NCBI GenBank assembly: GCA_963775685.1
Contig: CAVZJV010000014.1
Location: 672,001 to 736,000 of the forward strand
Origin: Candidatus Bathyarchaeota archaeon
GTDB taxonomy: Archaea > Thermoproteota > Bathyarchaeia > Bathyarchaeales > Bathycorpusculaceae
DNA: 64,000 bases
Reading direction: 5' to 3'
Shown here piece after piece: positions 61,801-64,000 of this stretch. The translations under genes were made by a program, and so were the position numbers. The notes under the pieces were generated by a model. That model had not been told where the DNA came from. It ran no database searches and saw nothing but the letters and a program-made list of their open reading frames with translations. Position 1 is the stretch's first letter; each line of letters starts with the position of its first letter.

Positions 61801-62153
61801 TTGTTTGAAAACCAATTGGTTGTAAGGCTTAAGCTGGTCAAGTTTACAGATGCCCCCCATTCGGGCCTGACATCGCCTGTTTGGTCTAAGCCACTTTGCA
61901 GGTATTTTGTTGCTAATTCATGAGCGTATGTTTGGTTGCCCGTGACTTTGAGAACTGAGCCATAATAGCCGACTGTGAAACCCAGAATTTCTTTGAGCCC
62001 CAAGTTGGTTTCATCTACAGCGTTTAAAATTTGAGGCTGATCGGTAACGGGATTGTAGCGAATTGAAGCGTAAGTTGCCATGACTGAAGCAACAAGCACT
62101 ACAGCTACCAACAAAGCAGCGATAATTGAAAACTGTCCCTTTTTGTTTAGCAT
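58857..62153 (-). CDS. Large surface protein/adhesin with class III (pilin-like) signal peptide
   Basis: MLNKKG-QFSIIAALLVAVVLV; S/T/N-rich beta domains. Confidence 0.8.
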   Translation of the reverse strand: MLNKKGQFSIIAALLVAVVLVASVMATYASIRYNPVTDQPQILNAVDETNLGLKEILGFTVGYYGSVLKVTGNQTYAHELATKYLQSGLDQTGDVRPEWGASVNLTSLSLTTNWFSNKSYSQGSMAVAYNLAGLGINGIGYNTSTRLEAEISKANQTGQGQLKILMDDSQPLINLGKSNLKFLRYEYNISDWKTVEPANVASYADGTYVLDLPSGIADDSYVIQIEDTRGLMVLAASYSQFSTKLNWNSSLFQTNFDYVDINNTDARGAHSNFTAQQFGPDGIYDNLTEAASGTTLVPSYPTSYSLLGSTTFASGTLNDLQANDNAYLSFHSCPSTFSGSDTLGYSNVGSYTQSIEDTIRGSLFNMPVNGQLQNISVYLYLSSAVSVRVKTAIYSESNDFIASSEEKTISSSGWYTFNFADPKPVLSANTNYNLVAWSDSVSHVSVSMRYNPGSSNQGHYRTNQNYGDNWPSSVNFYHDNNKYSIYCSYKIISQYSAKVEFTGNSSAPLPWNNLVWTLDSSTSTAGVAATFQLYNAATGQYSTSGDGFMAVTLGTGDQTKPQAIIANSAIFLNGSGYWKIMVTAVKSTSIPFNLNLDFVQYSPDVTNYALNLQEQWLGVNATNIRQDLCIKTGGAAGSETLLVQVLYGGSWQNLTALMPNYFNNVSLAQYIDSSTLTIRFVGSNEVSDSTQDGWNIDAVFLKDEPDVSFLLNLQQSTVTLETLQNGTMRWLGQNLQNSTQTLPIPPVPVKAIHVNQTINGVNQAVPFQIEDWASSYQIPLGLTSNTTVFGNRQMIVFLLTSQVTDFTVWWDGSDSASQTPLAYKNQYFTDNPSSQTLNNGKLKLQFGTTGFVLTSTVGDVVSTSNLMRINNTQDNTDPELSYVITGGVVRDIVLGEAEFSGGIPNCPNTYTNIIISLPANVTYYTYRLRTMFIDSGSRARALSDLCPVRVSTNANPTQIQTENGTLGGFPIVQNGTGTFSNYSFGNWTAHHFSQLISDSGKGVGIIYTDTNNQKVYAFDSFSASTSKGAIKASSDLIELLPVSQAQVQFTYAYDITWQGAVATFDGNTPVCNLYDGTTPMGLWLLSEYPPTISVIAKN

Positions 62154-62154
62154 T

Positions 62155-63477
62155 TTAGTTTTCTCCTGCCAAGCCCAGTTGCAAAACTGCTACACGACTG
62201 GTTCCCGTCGCGTTGTACTCTGAAGCATAGACGCGTGGACGATAATACGAAAGAAGACCCAAACCAGTAACTCGAACGTCAGGCGTTCGAGTTAGTCCTA
62301 AAGCCAAAAAGGAACCTGTAATTGTAGTTGTACCGTGAGTGTAAATAGTACCTGGATAGCAGTTTGATACGGGATTCAGTACATTTATTCCAATTGAAAG
62401 ATGATAAGTGGCAAGTATTGAACTGGAGAGTGCTCTGGTCGAAGTCTGGGATAACGAAGGATAAATTCCATAATAGTTGCAGGCTTCTATGGCAGTTTGG
62501 GTAAGCGTTACCCCTGTTCTAGTAGCGCTATCTGTAACGGCGCTGCCACTAGTACTGTAAGACTGGCTGTCTAGACCTCTGAGGAATGCAATGGAGCCCC
62601 CTCCACCTGTTTGTTGCATTCCATAAATGCCCCAAGTGTTTTGCCCATTTGCAAACGCGACTGTGTTGCTTACGTAGTAGAAGGGGTACCCAACTATGCT
62701 TGACCATGTCCAATTATACAGGTTAACTCTTTGACCTAGGAAATAACTGTAGTAAGCGTAAGAGTTCTGAGAGTAGGGTGCTTGACAGTATTCCGGAGGT
62801 ATCGGCACAGCTTCTCCACAAGTGTTAATGACAACCGCGTTTTGCAGAGTCTCGCCTTGTAATGATATTCCGCCTAATATTTTGGCAAGTTGTGTAGTAT
62901 TCTGCACCATCATTGTATTAACAAAAAATGGCGACAGCAAGTTAAAGAGGTCTTGAGCTAAGGTATGCGCAGTGTAGCCGGTAATCCACCATCCGTTAGA
63001 GTCGCTACAATTTAGGATGTAGAGGGTTCCGCCGTTTTGTTGACCGATTTTTTCAGGAGTAAAATTGAAGGTCACGTTGGAGGAGGCCACTGTGTACGTG
63101 GAGATTTCTGTGGATGATCCTAAGGTTTCAGCGTTTGAGATGCTGGCTCTAAGGTTATAGAGTTTGCCTCCTGCATCTTCTTTCAGCAGGTCGCCTTGGT
63201 TTACATCATAAATTGTTAGGTTGTAGATTACGTTGGGGGGAAGGGAAGCTGAGACTGCAACCTGCAGTTTGTATAAAACCTCAGGATTATCGGTTTCAAA
63301 TACGGCTCTGCTTAAATCATAATTCGAATCCAAAACCTGTAAGGTTGTAAACGATAAACGCTGCAGGTTAATAGGTGAAACTTGGCGGGGAGGCGGCAAA
63401 ACTGTGAAATAAGATGTAGCAATGAACGCGCTGGCAATGATTACTATTACAAACAGAACTTCAATTGTCCGAATCAT
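62155..63477 (-). CDS. Minor-pilin-like protein
   Basis: MIRTIEVLFVIVII N-terminal helix; N/S/T-rich body; operon with the prepilin peptidase. Confidence 0.6.
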   Translation of the reverse strand: MIRTIEVLFVIVIIASAFIATSYFTVLPPPRQVSPINLQRLSFTTLQVLDSNYDLSRAVFETDNPEVLYKLQVAVSASLPPNVIYNLTIYDVNQGDLLKEDAGGKLYNLRASISNAETLGSSTEISTYTVASSNVTFNFTPEKIGQQNGGTLYILNCSDSNGWWITGYTAHTLAQDLFNLLSPFFVNTMMVQNTTQLAKILGGISLQGETLQNAVVINTCGEAVPIPPEYCQAPYSQNSYAYYSYFLGQRVNLYNWTWSSIVGYPFYYVSNTVAFANGQNTWGIYGMQQTGGGGSIAFLRGLDSQSYSTSGSAVTDSATRTGVTLTQTAIEACNYYGIYPSLSQTSTRALSSSILATYHLSIGINVLNPVSNCYPGTIYTHGTTTITGSFLALGLTRTPDVRVTGLGLLSYYRPRVYASEYNATGTSRVAVLQLGLAGEN

Positions 63478-63999
63478 TTAATGTGTCCCCTGAGATCCCT
63501 GTAGATTCCATAGTGCAAGTTTGGCTTCATAACCAAAACCGCCTATTGTTACTTGGCGAATGTCCGTTGTTACCCATTCTTGACCTTTAGGGCTGGCTCC
63601 TAACGTCACTGGAAAAACCATTGAGCCTAAACCCCAAGGCATCAAAACAATCCCAACCTGACCTGACTCTGAATCCTGATAAGTTATGATCAGTATTCCA
63701 TCGTTGTCAGGAACATTAATGGAGGCATAGTCTGGTTCCATAACTGATCCAACAGTTACCTTGCCGGCCGAGCTGGCTTGGTCTAAGGAAACATGTCGCA
63801 GCGTGTATTCGTCTGTTAGAATTGCAAACGTAGCATTGTAACTTAACTCAGAATAACTTGGCTGTGTGCCTTCCCCTACGGAATCGCTGTGAGCAATCAG
63901 TATGCTCCGGTCAGCAAAACTGTCAACAAATAGAACAACACTTTTTGTTAAGGTATCTGGAACAGAAATATAGTAGCCCATTCCTTTGAGTCCATAGAG
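63478..63999 (-). CDS. C-terminal part of a pilus-locus protein (truncated by window end)
   Basis: Frame open to the window edge; stop abuts the next ATG. Confidence 0.6.
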   Translation of the reverse strand, partial: LYGLKGMGYYISVPDTLTKSVVLFVDSFADRSILIAHSDSVGEGTQPSYSELSYNATFAILTDEYTLRHVSLDQASSAGKVTVGSVMEPDYASINVPDNDGILIITYQDSESGQVGIVLMPWGLGSMVFPVTLGASPKGQEWVTTDIRQVTIGGFGYEAKLALWNLQGSQGTH

Positions 64000-64000
64000 A

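Noticed and set aside
1-64000. CRISPR array, rRNA, tRNA or IS transposase
   Set aside because: No regularly spaced repeats, RNA-gene signatures or transposase motifs were seen by eye; a short or intron-containing tRNA could have been missed.

Overview
Archaeal chromosome segment, most likely TACK and probably Bathyarchaeia. This is inferred from gene content: S30e, an SmAP3-type Lsm, GatDE, Elp3, TgtA, an HdrA-MvhD fusion, a PAS kinase and many Ig-like and Zn-ribbon proteins. 1-3.6 kb is the right part of a decaying integrative element: a truncated tyrosine integrase, a low-GC cargo gene, AbrB, a frameshifted wHTH plus putative rolling-circle initiator, an RHH protein and an HExxE protein. 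It is followed by a G-quadruplex-like tract and about 1.7 kb of decayed DNA. 6.7-29 kb holds accessory and metabolic genes: PadR, a DCD-like protein, aspartokinase, a GOLD/p24-like protein, USP, a SelB-like factor, FwdF-like polyferredoxin with HdrA-MvhD, CDGSH with a CxxS thioredoxin, MgtA with a C-terminal wHTH-like extension, an ABC exporter with twin Zn-ribbon proteins, and an M16 peptidase. 29.6-31.8 kb is a second element relic, with a family B DNA polymerase fragment and an integrase pseudogene. 32-57.6 kb is mostly core genes. 57.9-64 kb is a type IV pilus-like locus. Several core genes carry single-base indels, probably assembly errors, and two genes appear to need ATT/ATA starts. No rRNA, tRNA or CRISPR array was seen. 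All family calls come from motif recognition by eye, with no database searches.
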